Source: a virus
Taxonomy: Duplodnaviria; Caudoviricetes
Strand: one strand, 5' to 3'
DNA: 38,452 nt
Virus record (IMG/VR): IMGVR_UViG_3300044564_000062
Coordinates: 1 to 38,452 of that record
The notes beneath the pieces are model-generated. The model ran no database searches. It was given only the letters and a program-made list of their open reading frames with translations, and had not been told where the DNA came from. Made by a program: the position numbers and the translations under genes. Numbering within the stretch: the first letter of the stretch is position 1; every line of letters starts with the position of its first letter. Below, piece by piece: positions 9,236 through 18,152 of this stretch.

Positions 9236-10350
9236 GGTACATAAGCCTGTTCAGCGGCATCGAGGCGGCGAGCGTCGCATGGGCTCCGCTGGGTTGGGAG
9301 CCGCTGGCCTTCGCTGAGATCGAGCCGTTCTGCTGCGAGCTGTTGGAGAAGCGTTTCCCCGGCGTCCCGAACCTCGGGGACGTGTGCGGGGTGGATTGGA
9401 GTTCATATCGTGGAAAGTGCGACCTCATCATCGGAGGCAGCCCGTGCCAGGCGTTCAGCGTCGCGGGACGGCGCGAGGGTCTGGATGACCCGCGTGGTCG
9501 CCTCATGCTCGAATACGCGAGGGCTGTTAGAGAGGTTGAGCCCAGATGGGTTCTCTGGGAGAACGTCCCCGGAGTTCTGTCGCAGGACGGGGGGGCAGCC
9601 TTTGGTACCCTCCTCGGGGTGCTGGAAGACTGCGGGTATTCTCTCGCATGGAGAGTGCTTGACGCTCAATTCTTCGGAGTACCCCAGCGCCGCCGCCGCG
9701 TGTTTCTTGTCGGACATACTAGAGCCCAGTGCGCCGCAGCGGTTCTATTTGAGCCCGAGAGCCTGCAGGGGTCTGCTCCGTCGAGCGCGGACAAAAGAGC
9801 GGAGCTTGCCGCCGGATCTGGAAGAGGCGCTTCTTGCGCAGGCTTCATCGCCGGAGTGAACCCGAGGGCGCGCGGGGTCGGATACGCCGAGGAGCAGTCC
9901 CCGACCCTCACCGCGGGGCAGACCGCAGAGGTGTTCGCAATCAACGGCAACGTGATAGGCCGCGAGCCCGAGAACGGCGGACACCAGCTGGGCATAACGG
10001 GGGACGGGGGTTCCCCCACGCTCACTACCGCAGACAGGCACGCCGTGGCCTTCGCGCAGAACCAGCGCGACGAGGTGAGGCTGTGCGGCGGGGACGGCCA
10101 GACGGTCGGCGCGCTCGCCGCCCGTCCCGGGGCGAAGCAGCAGAGCTACGTCTGCATGGCCGACCTCACGTCGAACGCCGCCATCGACTACGACCTCTGC
10201 GGGACCCTCAAGGTGAGCGGCGGCGAGCCCGTGGTCATGGCCCCGTCGTTCAGCCGCCGTCCCGCGCAGCAGCTCCCCACGAACGAGGACGGGCTGTCCT
10301 TCGCTTTGACGAGGGGGGGGGTGCCGCGAATATGCGAGACATGCGAGTGA
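9232..10350 (+). CDS. DNA (cytosine-5) methyltransferase, N-terminal part (motifs I-VIII and variable region)
   Basis: SLFSGIEA (I), GGSPCQAFS (IV), WENVPG (VI), PQRRRRVF (VIII); stops before motifs IX-X. Confidence 0.9.
   Translation: MRYISLFSGIEAASVAWAPLGWEPLAFAEIEPFCCELLEKRFPGVPNLGDVCGVDWSSYRGKCDLIIGGSPCQAFSVAGRREGLDDPRGRLMLEYARAVREVEPRWVLWENVPGVLSQDGGAAFGTLLGVLEDCGYSLAWRVLDAQFFGVPQRRRRVFLVGHTRAQCAAAVLFEPESLQGSAPSSADKRAELAAGSGRGASCAGFIAGVNPRARGVGYAEEQSPTLTAGQTAEVFAINGNVIGREPENGGHQLGITGDGGSPTLTTADRHAVAFAQNQRDEVRLCGGDGQTVGALAARPGAKQQSYVCMADLTSNAAIDYDLCGTLKVSGGEPVVMAPSFSRRPAQQLPTNEDGLSFALTRGGVPRICETCE
9485..9859 (+). CDS. Nested alternative-frame ORF inside the MTase (EcoHK31I beta-subunit-like candidate)
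   Basis: +1 frame open from 9410; ATG 9485 preceded by GAGGG; encodes LSDILE..PQRFYLSPRAC.GLLRRA; the MTase frame loses its GC3 bias here. Confidence 0.55.
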   Translation: MTRVVASCSNTRGLLERLSPDGFSGRTSPEFCRRTGGQPLVPSSGCWKTAGILSHGECLTLNSSEYPSAAAACFLSDILEPSAPQRFYLSPRACRGLLRRARTKERSLPPDLEEALLAQASSPE

Positions 10351-10550
10351 GGAAGCTGACTCCGACCGAGTGTGAGAGGCTGCAGGGCTTCCCCGACGGG
10401 TGGACCGACATCCGCGACGCGACCCCCGATACGCCGAGATGGCAGGCGCTGGGCAACTCCATGGCAGTGCCGGTCATCAGATGGCTGGGAGAGCGCATAC
10501 AGGCGGTTGATGAGATCGAGGTGGAGGTATATGGCCATCAGCAAGGATGA
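10332..10550 (+). CDS. C5 methyltransferase C-terminal part (motifs IX-X), out of frame after a G9 tract
   Basis: RKLTPTECERLQGFPD (IX) and ALGNSMAVPV (X); G9 at 10313-10321; ATGs at 10332 and 10341. Confidence 0.85.
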   Translation: MRDMRVRKLTPTECERLQGFPDGWTDIRDATPDTPRWQALGNSMAVPVIRWLGERIQAVDEIEVEVYGHQQG

Positions 10551-10713
10551 CTGGAAGATGGGCCACAGCGAGGCGAACCCGCCGAAGGGCTGCAACAAGG
10601 GATGCCTGCTGCTCGTCCTGCTGTGCGTCGCGCTCGACGTGGCGGCGGCGTTCATGGTGTGGGAGGTCGCGCAGTTCATGGCGTGGCTCGTATCGCTCAT
10701 GGCGTACGCGTAG
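10531..10713 (+). CDS. Small membrane protein
   Basis: GGAGGT RBS; long hydrophobic C-terminal half. Confidence 0.65.
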   Translation: MAISKDDWKMGHSEANPPKGCNKGCLLLVLLCVALDVAAAFMVWEVAQFMAWLVSLMAYA

Positions 10714-10731
10714 CGACACCTTCGGGAACAT
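10713..10731 (+). promoter_or_regulatory. Late-module motif copy 1 (GCGACACCTTCGGGAACAT)
   Basis: One of four intergenic copies of GCGACACCTnCnn(G/T)AnnnT; upstream of terS. Confidence 0.6.
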
Positions 10732-10835
10732 AGCCGTGCGGTCATCCTCCGCCGCACGGGGCACAGGGAGCCGTCCTTCCGGGGCGGCTCTCTGCATGGA
10801 TGGCCGGAACGCGATGCCATGGGAGGAGGCGAGGC

Positions 10836-11258
10836 ATGCCGAAGAAGCTCACGCCGAAGATGGAGCGGTTCTGCCAGGAGATGGCGAAGCCGAGGGCGAA
10901 GCAGCAGGACGCGTACCGCGCGGCCTACGACTGCTCGCGCATGAGCTACGCATCCGTCTCGGTCGCCGCGTCGCGCCTCATGGCAGACCCTAGGATCGCG
11001 CTAAGAATCAAGGAAATCCGCAACGACGCCGCCAAGGAGTGCCGCTGGGAGATACACGACGCCGCGCAGCCGCTGTTCGACGTGCTGGACGGCGCGCTTC
11101 CCATCTACAAGCGCAAGGCCGAGAACGGAGTCGTAGACGGAGACGCGCGCCTCGCCATCACGGAGAGCGTCAAGCTCCTGAACGACATGTTCGGCATCGA
11201 CGGCGCGAGGGAGGCCATGGACGAGGCGGGAGTGACCATTGTCGATGACCTCGGTTAA
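10836..11258 (+). CDS. terS: Terminase small subunit
   Basis: LTPKMERFCQE...DAYRAAY...AASRLMADPRI motif; lies directly before terL. Confidence 0.85.
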   Translation: MPKKLTPKMERFCQEMAKPRAKQQDAYRAAYDCSRMSYASVSVAASRLMADPRIALRIKEIRNDAAKECRWEIHDAAQPLFDVLDGALPIYKRKAENGVVDGDARLAITESVKLLNDMFGIDGAREAMDEAGVTIVDDLG

Positions 11259-12525
11259 GCTGTCCTCCATCATCGCCTCCGTGTTCTGGCCCGTCTGGCG
11301 CTCCATCAAAAGCCACGAGTTCACGCACTACTGGTTCAAGGGCGGGCGCAACTCAACGAAGTCGAGCTTCATAAGCATCGCCATAGTCCTGCTCATCATG
11401 GCGAACCCCGACGCAAACGCCGTGGTGTTCCGCAAGGTGGGCAACACGCTCGCCGACTCCGTGTACGAGCAGATCATGTGGGCGTGCGACATGCTGCACG
11501 TCTCGCACCTGTTCAACTTCGGCAAGTCGCCCATGAACATCACCTACCTGCCCACGGGGCAGGTCATCCGCTTCCGAGGGTGCGACCGTCCCGAGAGGCG
11601 CAAGTCGCCGAAGTTCAAGCGCGGCTACTGCGCCGTCGTGTGGTTCGAGGAGGTAGCCGAGTTCGGCTCCATGGCCGAGATTCGCAGCATCCTGGCGTCG
11701 TTCCTGCGCGGCGGCAGCCTGTTCTGGGTCTTCTACAGCTACAACCCGCCCATGAGCGCCCGCAACTGGGTGAACAAGGAGGCGCGCGACATCGAGGCGC
11801 ACCCCGGCGAGGACGGGCGCTTCATATGCCACACCACGTACCTCGACGTCATCGGTGAGCACCCCGAGTGGATAAGCGAGCAGGCGCGCATCGAGGCGGA
11901 GCGCAGCAGGCGCAAGACGCCGGACGCGTACCGCTGGGAGTGGCTGGGCGAGGTCATCGGCACGGGAGCGGAGGTGTTCCCCGACTCGCTCATCGAGATA
12001 AGGCGCATCACGGAGGAGGAGCGCGCGTCGTTCGGTGCCGTCTCGCACGGCGTGGACGCGGGCAGCGTGCATCCGTGGGTACATGAGTGCGTCGCGTACG
12101 ACGAGAACGAGCGCATCCTGTACGTCTTCGGCGAGGACGTGCGGCGCGGCATCGAGGCGCACGACAGCCGCACGGCGAAGGCGCTCATCGACAGGCTCGA
12201 CGCCATGGGCGAGCCCGACGCCGACGTGTGGTGCGACAGCGCAGCACGCGGAATGATTCTCTACTACCAAGACCAGGGCATCAACGCGCGCAAGGCGTTC
12301 AAGCAGGGGCTGAACTCGCCCGCCTCGCGCGTCAGGTGGATGCAGAACCTCGCGAGGATCGTCATCGACCCGGACGATGCGCCGCTCGCCGCGCGGGAGT
12401 TCCCCGAGTACGAGTACGTGGCGAACGCCCAGGGCGACATTACCGAGACACTGCCGAAGGTAGACGACGACGCCATCGATGCGGTCGGCTACGGCAGCGG
12501 AGTGTGGATAAGGAGCAACCTCTGA
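11245..12525 (+). CDS. terL: Terminase large subunit (PBSX family)
   Basis: KGGRNSTKS Walker A, WFEE Walker B, SYNPP, C-terminal DDDAIDA nuclease motif. Confidence 0.93.
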   Translation: MTSVKLSSIIASVFWPVWRSIKSHEFTHYWFKGGRNSTKSSFISIAIVLLIMANPDANAVVFRKVGNTLADSVYEQIMWACDMLHVSHLFNFGKSPMNITYLPTGQVIRFRGCDRPERRKSPKFKRGYCAVVWFEEVAEFGSMAEIRSILASFLRGGSLFWVFYSYNPPMSARNWVNKEARDIEAHPGEDGRFICHTTYLDVIGEHPEWISEQARIEAERSRRKTPDAYRWEWLGEVIGTGAEVFPDSLIEIRRITEEERASFGAVSHGVDAGSVHPWVHECVAYDENERILYVFGEDVRRGIEAHDSRTAKALIDRLDAMGEPDADVWCDSAARGMILYYQDQGINARKAFKQGLNSPASRVRWMQNLARIVIDPDDAPLAAREFPEYEYVANAQGDITETLPKVDDDAIDAVGYGSGVWIRSNL

Positions 12526-14030
12526 TGGAGAAGCGCGGAGACAAGGCCACTCACATCGAGACGTGGCTGCAGGGCCTCGGATACTCGCCTGACACCAGCA
12601 TGCGCGGGATGATCGGCGTGTGGTGGGGGTGGCTGCTCGCCGACAACAGCTGGTACCACTACAGCGAGCGCAGGGGCTTCCGCGTCTACAAGCGCGAGCG
12701 TGTGAGCCTGCATCCAGCCGCCCTCGTCGCCGACGAGTGGGCGAGCCTCCTCATGACGGAGGGCACCGTCATCTCTTCGAGCAACCCAGACCGCGCCGAG
12801 TGGATGGCCCGCCACTTCCCGAACCCGGACACCGGATCGCAGACGGATGAAGGGGAGCCGACCGAGGACATCGAGGAGCCGCAGAGCTTCGCCATGGACA
12901 ACGCCGACTTCATCTCCCGCGCCTTCGCCCTGGGGACCGGCGCATGGGTCATCGAGCCGCACGGCGTGACCGAGAACGCGACCACGCCGGACGCGGAGCT
13001 CCGCATCGTCGAGTACGACGCGACGCAGATATACCCGCTCACCTACTCGACAAAGGGATGCACGCAGTGCGCCTTCTCCGGGCGCGTGGAGGTCGGCGGA
13101 AAGGCGTACGACCAGTGCCAGGCGCACGTCATCATCGGCGGCGAGTACCACATCCTCACGCAGCTCTTCGGGGACAACGGGCAGAAGGTCGAAGTGGAGA
13201 GCATCATCGGCGACTTCAACACCCACTGCAAGAGGCCGCTGTTCTCGCTCGTGACCCCCGGCGTGCCCAACCACCACCGCGCGTACAGCGCCATGGGAGC
13301 GAGCGTGTACCAGAACGCGCTGGGCGCGATAAAGACCACGGACGAGGCGCTGACCGGGTTCCTCGACCACATGCGCGTGGGACGCCCCAAGACCTTCATA
13401 GATGACACGCTCATCGAGAGCAAGACCGAGAAGGACAAGAAGACGGGCGAGACCGTGAAGACCTACTACGCCTTCGGCGAGGCCGACGACTGCGTGTTCC
13501 GCATGCGGCCGGGAGACGAGGGCGGCAAGAAGATCGACGTGGTGCAGACCGACCTCAAGGTGGACGAGCTGACCGAGGCCATCAACACGGGCCTGCGCAT
13601 GCTGTCCCTCACCTGCGGCTTCGGCAACGCGCGATTCTCGTGGGACGCGCACACCGGCCTCAAGACCGCCAAGGAGGTGAGCGCGGACAACTCCATGCTC
13701 ATGAACAGCATCAAGAAGCACACCAACAGCCTGCGCAAGTCCATCGTCCGCCTCGTGAACGGCATGGCCGAGGCGTGCCGCAAGATTCGCGGCGAGAACG
13801 TGCCGTACGGCGACGTCACCGTGACGTTCGATGATTCCATCGTCACCGACACCACGAGCGCGCGCGAGATGGCCATGAGCGAGGTCGGCGCTGGCATCAT
13901 GCAGGCATGGGAGTACCGCAAGCGGTTCTACGGCGAGAGCGAGGAGGACGCCAGGGCCGCGCTCGAAGACGCCTCCCTGCATGAGCAGGGGCCAGACCCG
14001 TTCGACATGCTCGATGACGGGCTGTCCTGA
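12525..14030 (+). CDS. Portal protein
   Basis: About 500 aa after terL (TGATG coupling); KTAKEVS and VTFDDSI motifs of A118/SPP1-type portals. Confidence 0.88.
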   Translation: MEKRGDKATHIETWLQGLGYSPDTSMRGMIGVWWGWLLADNSWYHYSERRGFRVYKRERVSLHPAALVADEWASLLMTEGTVISSSNPDRAEWMARHFPNPDTGSQTDEGEPTEDIEEPQSFAMDNADFISRAFALGTGAWVIEPHGVTENATTPDAELRIVEYDATQIYPLTYSTKGCTQCAFSGRVEVGGKAYDQCQAHVIIGGEYHILTQLFGDNGQKVEVESIIGDFNTHCKRPLFSLVTPGVPNHHRAYSAMGASVYQNALGAIKTTDEALTGFLDHMRVGRPKTFIDDTLIESKTEKDKKTGETVKTYYAFGEADDCVFRMRPGDEGGKKIDVVQTDLKVDELTEAINTGLRMLSLTCGFGNARFSWDAHTGLKTAKEVSADNSMLMNSIKKHTNSLRKSIVRLVNGMAEACRKIRGENVPYGDVTVTFDDSIVTDTTSAREMAMSEVGAGIMQAWEYRKRFYGESEEDARAALEDASLHEQGPDPFDMLDDGLS

Positions 14031-15703
14031 TGCTCGACCCGGAGTACATAGACCGCTTCACGGACGCGGCGCAGGGCGCGATGGACGCGTACACCTTGCG
14101 CCTCGTCTGCATCTACTCCGCGCTGCTGGGTTCCATAGACTTCGAGGGAGAGGGCGCGTACCTTGAGGCCGCGAGGGAGGCCGCCAAGGCCGAGACGGAT
14201 GCCAAGAAGGCTATGAGCAAGGAGGGGCGCGAGGCCGCGAGGGAGGCGGCGCGGGCCGCAGCCGATGCGCTTGCGCAGTCCGAGGCCAACGATCTGGCCG
14301 CCATAGGCATGGCGGTCGCCGAGCTGTCCTCCATGGCGCGCAAGAGGCTCCACAACGCCGCGCGCGCAACCGTCGCGGGCGTGCAGGACATCATCACGCG
14401 GGACAACCTCAAGATGCCCGCAGCAGTCCAGAGGAACTACCTCGAAGTCGCCGCAGAGGCCATCGCGAGCGTCAACAGCGGCCTGTCGTCGTACGAGGAC
14501 GCCGTGCGCAGGGCGGTGTTGGAGCTGTCGAGGCGTGGGGTGTCCGTTGTCGAGTACAAGAGCGGGGCGAGGGCGCAGGCCGACGTGGCCATGCGCCGGC
14601 ACGTCCGAACGCAGGTCATGCAGGCAGGGGCGAGAAACACGCTCGCGCTCATGGAGGAGACCGGCCACGACCTCGTGCAGACTTCGAGCCACGGGGGAAG
14701 CCGTCCCGAGCACGCGAAGTGGCAGGGGCGCGTGTTCTCGCTCTCCGGCAAGTCTGACAAGTACCCCGACTTCCGATCTTCGACCGGCTACGGCAGCGTG
14801 GACGGCCTCTGCGGGGCGAACTGCAAGCACTCCTTCGGCATCTACGTCGAGGGCAGGAAGAAGCGTTACGAGAGCGACCCTGACGGCGGGGACGAGAAGA
14901 GGCAGGAGCGGTACGAGGCGTCGCAGAGGCAGCGCGAGATAGAGCGGAACATCAGGAAGTACAAGCGTGACTCCGCCGCCCTGCAGGCCGCCGGCATAGA
15001 CGACACGCCGGAGCGCATGAAGCTCGCCAAGTGGCAGGGCGAGCAGCGGGCGCACCTGGCGAAGCACCCGTACCTGACGCGCCGCTACGAGCGCGAGAAC
15101 CCGTACGAGACGCAGACGAGGGTGTACGCGCTCACGAGGCAGAAGGTGAGCCGCACGGCGTACATGGCGCACCCCAACACCAAGGCCATAATCTGCGACG
15201 CGGGTGTGAGCCAGAAACGCGTGGGCGAGCTGGTCAAGGCGTCCGGGGCGAACTTCGAGACCATGGCGGCGCGAGATCGCCGCGCGACGCTCGACGCCGC
15301 CATACGAAGGGCGAAGGTCGAGAAGCGCAGGGACGAGCGCGTCGCGGACAAGGCGGCGAACGTCGTGCTCGCGGGGAAGCAGAACAAGCACATCCCCGGA
15401 ACGAGGGAGTACCGGCAGCACCTTGAGAAGGTGAGGCGCGAGGGCGTGTTCCCGGAGCCGAGCGCGCTGACCGTGAGCGCCGAGGAAGCGCAGCGGCTCG
15501 TTGACGAGTACGCTGGCACCGGCGTGGTCATGCCGTCGAGGAACGGGGTGTGGAACTCGCGCGAGGTGTGCGAGGCGACGAGGGTGATAGGCTACGTCGT
15601 GACCGAGAACGGCGATAGAATAGACACCAACAGGTTCACCATCCACTACGCCAAGAACGGCGTCCACATAGTACCGGCGGCACCGAGGGAGGGGCAGGCA
15701 TGA
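14030..15703 (+). CDS. Minor capsid (MuF-like) protein with a C-terminal polymorphic toxin domain (Ntox50-like RNase)
   Basis: SSHGGSRPEHAKWQGRVFS...GLCGANCKH head domain; C-terminal KQNKHIPG...TIHYAKNGVHIVP. Confidence 0.82.
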   Translation: MLDPEYIDRFTDAAQGAMDAYTLRLVCIYSALLGSIDFEGEGAYLEAAREAAKAETDAKKAMSKEGREAAREAARAAADALAQSEANDLAAIGMAVAELSSMARKRLHNAARATVAGVQDIITRDNLKMPAAVQRNYLEVAAEAIASVNSGLSSYEDAVRRAVLELSRRGVSVVEYKSGARAQADVAMRRHVRTQVMQAGARNTLALMEETGHDLVQTSSHGGSRPEHAKWQGRVFSLSGKSDKYPDFRSSTGYGSVDGLCGANCKHSFGIYVEGRKKRYESDPDGGDEKRQERYEASQRQREIERNIRKYKRDSAALQAAGIDDTPERMKLAKWQGEQRAHLAKHPYLTRRYERENPYETQTRVYALTRQKVSRTAYMAHPNTKAIICDAGVSQKRVGELVKASGANFETMAARDRRATLDAAIRRAKVEKRRDERVADKAANVVLAGKQNKHIPGTREYRQHLEKVRREGVFPEPSALTVSAEEAQRLVDEYAGTGVVMPSRNGVWNSREVCEATRVIGYVVTENGDRIDTNRFTIHYAKNGVHIVPAAPREGQA

Positions 15704-15906
15704 AGATAACCGAGGCCATAGAGCACTACGGCAAGCGCGTCACCGTGCGCTGCACCGACGGCGAGGAGATCACCGGCAAGCTCGACTACTACCAGACGCA
15801 CGCCGAAGACGCCGACGACGCCGAGCGCATAGGCATCGAGGAGATGCCCGGGTTCCTCACCGACATACCCATCGAAGAGGTCGAGAGCATAACGCCGCTC
15901 GCGTAG
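15700..15906 (+). CDS. Putative immunity protein for the toxin domain
   Basis: 68-aa acidic ORF coupled (ATGA) to the toxin gene and followed by a terminator. Confidence 0.6.
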   Translation: MKITEAIEHYGKRVTVRCTDGEEITGKLDYYQTHAEDADDAERIGIEEMPGFLTDIPIEEVESITPLA

Positions 15907-15929
15907 CGACAGGCGCAGCAGAGACACCG

Positions 15930-15957
15930 AGCCGCCCCACGGGGCGGCTTTTTTGTT
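15930..15957 (+). terminator. Rho-independent terminator
   Basis: AGCCGCCCC-AC-GGGGCGGCT followed by TTTTTGTT. Confidence 0.85.
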
Positions 15958-15962
15958 CCCGA

Positions 15963-15981
15963 GCGACACCTGCGGGAAATT
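15963..15981 (+). promoter_or_regulatory. Late-module motif copy 2 (GCGACACCTGCGGGAAATT)
   Basis: Immediately after the terminator, upstream of scaffold/capsid genes. Confidence 0.6.
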
Positions 15982-16096
15982 ACGGGCACGCGAAGGCGGG
16001 GCGGCGACAACAGCCCGCGAGCGCGACCACGGCGACAACGGTGGGCCATCCAAGCGCGCAGGGAAGCGCGAAAACCAAACACGGAAGGAGACGGAG

Positions 16097-16645
16097 ATGG
16101 CGAACCAGAACACCGACCCCCAGAACACGGAGCCGCAGGGCGGAGACCCGCAGGAACCGAAGAAGGAAGTGGTGTCCCTCGCGAAGTACGAGCGCGAGAA
16201 GGCGGAGTGGGAGGCCGAGCGCGAAAGCCTCAAGGCCGAGCTCGCCAACCGCGACAAGCAGATCGAGGACATCACGGCGAAGGTCGGCGACACCGAGGCG
16301 ATGCAGAAGGCCCTCGATGAGGCCAAGGCGAGCAACGAGGCGTTCAAGGCGGACGCCGAGAAGCGCGAGGCAGCCATGCGCCGCGACTTCGCCATCGACA
16401 CGAAGCTGACCCAGATGGGCGCTCGCAACGTCAAGGCGGTGCGCGCCGTCATCCCGAACCTCGATGACGCGCAGCTCGATGACAGCGGCGACATCAAGGG
16501 CATCGACTTCGACGCCATCAAGAACGACAACGCCTACCTGTTCGCCGACCAGCAGCGTTTCGACACCGGCGGCGAGCGCAAGGGAGGCGCGAACGACGGC
16601 CCCGCCATGACCATCGGCGAGGCCCTGGCACAGATGGGAGACTAG
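16097..16645 (+). CDS. Head scaffolding protein (GP20-like)
   Basis: Coiled-coil protein before the MCP; GARNVKAV and NAYLF motifs; AAGGAG RBS. Confidence 0.82.
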   Translation: MANQNTDPQNTEPQGGDPQEPKKEVVSLAKYEREKAEWEAERESLKAELANRDKQIEDITAKVGDTEAMQKALDEAKASNEAFKADAEKREAAMRRDFAIDTKLTQMGARNVKAVRAVIPNLDDAQLDDSGDIKGIDFDAIKNDNAYLFADQQRFDTGGERKGGANDGPAMTIGEALAQMGD

Positions 16646-17791
16646 ATGATCACCCTCACCGACCTCGCGAAGAACGCCCAGGACAAGATCACCCAGGGCT
16701 TCATCAACGAGACCATCACCGACAGCTACCTCCTCGGCGCGCTCACGTTCGATGACTGCCTGAACTCCACGGGCACGTCCGACCTCGTGTACGGCTACAA
16801 GCGCGTCACCACGCCCATGGAGGCCGCGTTCCGCGCGCTCAACTCCGAGCCCGTCGTGAGCGAGCCCAAGATCGAGCGCATCACCACGCGCGTGGCCATC
16901 CTGTCCGACGCGTGGAAGATGGACCGCGTATCCAAGGACGCCGCGAGCGACCTCTACCAGCTCCATCTTGAGGAGTCCAAGAACGCCATCATCCGCAAGT
17001 TCAACAAGACCATCATCAACGGCGACACCGAGGTGGAGGAGAACGGCTTCGACGGCCTCAACAAGGCGCTGACCGAGAGCTCCACGGAGTTCCAGAGCGC
17101 CGTCGACCTCTCCACCATCACGCAGGCGTCCGCGCTCGCGTTCGCGGAGGAGATGGACAACATGCTCTCCGCCCTCACCCGCACGCCCGACGTGCTGCTC
17201 GTCTCCCCGTTCATGAAGGTCAAGATCAACGCCATCCTGCGCATCCTCGGCCTCGCAACCGCATCCGCCGATACCGCAGGCCGCCGCGTGTCCCAGTGGG
17301 ACGGCATCCGCATCGAGGAGCTGCGCGACGGCGCTCACACCACCAACGACGTCTACGCCGTCTGCCTCGGCATCAACGAGTTCCACGGCATCACGCTCAA
17401 GGGCGGCAGCGCCGTCAGCGTCCACCTGCCCAACTGGAACGAGCCGGGTGCCGTCAAGACCGGCGACGCCGAGTTCGTGTGCGGATGCGCCCTCAAGAAG
17501 ACCAAGGCCGCAGGCGTCCTCCGCGCCGCACCCGTGGCGGTGTCCAAGGTCACGCTCTCGCAGAAGACCATGAGCATCGGCATCGGTGCCAAGAAGACCC
17601 TCAAGGCTACCGTCGAGCCCGCCAACGCGACCGACAAGACCGTGACCTTCGAGTCCTCCGACCCCTCCAAGGCGACCGTTGACGCCAACACCGGCGAGGT
17701 CGAGGGCAAGGCCGCAGGCAGCACCAACATCACCGCCAATGCAGGCGGCAAGACCTCCGAGGCTTGCGCCGTGACCGTCAGCGGCGAGTAG
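16646..17791 (+). CDS. Major capsid protein with C-terminal Ig-like (Big_2) domain
   Basis: Position after scaffold; FRALNSE, INGD...FDGLNKAL; C-terminal LKATVEPANATDKTVTFESSDPSKATVD. Confidence 0.88.
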   Translation: MITLTDLAKNAQDKITQGFINETITDSYLLGALTFDDCLNSTGTSDLVYGYKRVTTPMEAAFRALNSEPVVSEPKIERITTRVAILSDAWKMDRVSKDAASDLYQLHLEESKNAIIRKFNKTIINGDTEVEENGFDGLNKALTESSTEFQSAVDLSTITQASALAFAEEMDNMLSALTRTPDVLLVSPFMKVKINAILRILGLATASADTAGRRVSQWDGIRIEELRDGAHTTNDVYAVCLGINEFHGITLKGGSAVSVHLPNWNEPGAVKTGDAEFVCGCALKKTKAAGVLRAAPVAVSKVTLSQKTMSIGIGAKKTLKATVEPANATDKTVTFESSDPSKATVDANTGEVEGKAAGSTNITANAGGKTSEACAVTVSGE

Positions 17792-17795
17792 CGGC

Positions 17796-18152
17796 ATGAA
17801 GCAGGGCAAGCCGACATACGAGCAGTACAAGGCTTCCGGCGGGGAGCTGGACGAGGCGGCCTTCGCCTCGTCCCTCCCCCACGCCCTGTCCGCCGTGCGC
17901 GACGCCATCTTCCCGAACGAGCCGGACGGCTCCGACGAGTGGATGCGCGCCGTGTTCGCCGCCGTGGCGGTGGACGCGTCGTACGGGGCATCCGGGGGCG
18001 TGGCCGAGGGAGGCTCGTTCTCCATCGGCTCGTTCAGCTACTCGGAGGGCTCTTCCGGCGTCTCGTCGTACCGGGCTGACATGGACGCCGCCATCAGGCG
18101 CGAGCTGATCGGCACCGGCCTCCTCTTCTCCGGCATCGGGGGCATCCGATGA
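17796..18152 (+). CDS. Head-tail connector protein
   Basis: Size and position; SFSIGSFSYS and TGLLFSG motifs. Confidence 0.7.
   Translation: MKQGKPTYEQYKASGGELDEAAFASSLPHALSAVRDAIFPNEPDGSDEWMRAVFAAVAVDASYGASGGVAEGGSFSIGSFSYSEGSSGVSSYRADMDAAIRRELIGTGLLFSGIGGIR

Noticed and set aside
15980-18025. Long minus-strand ORFs (e.g. 681 aa here; also 13928-15667, 21882-23567, 24637-26445) and the + strand ORF 35817-37487
   Set aside because: Antisense shadows of high-GC3 genes; no motifs or RBS.
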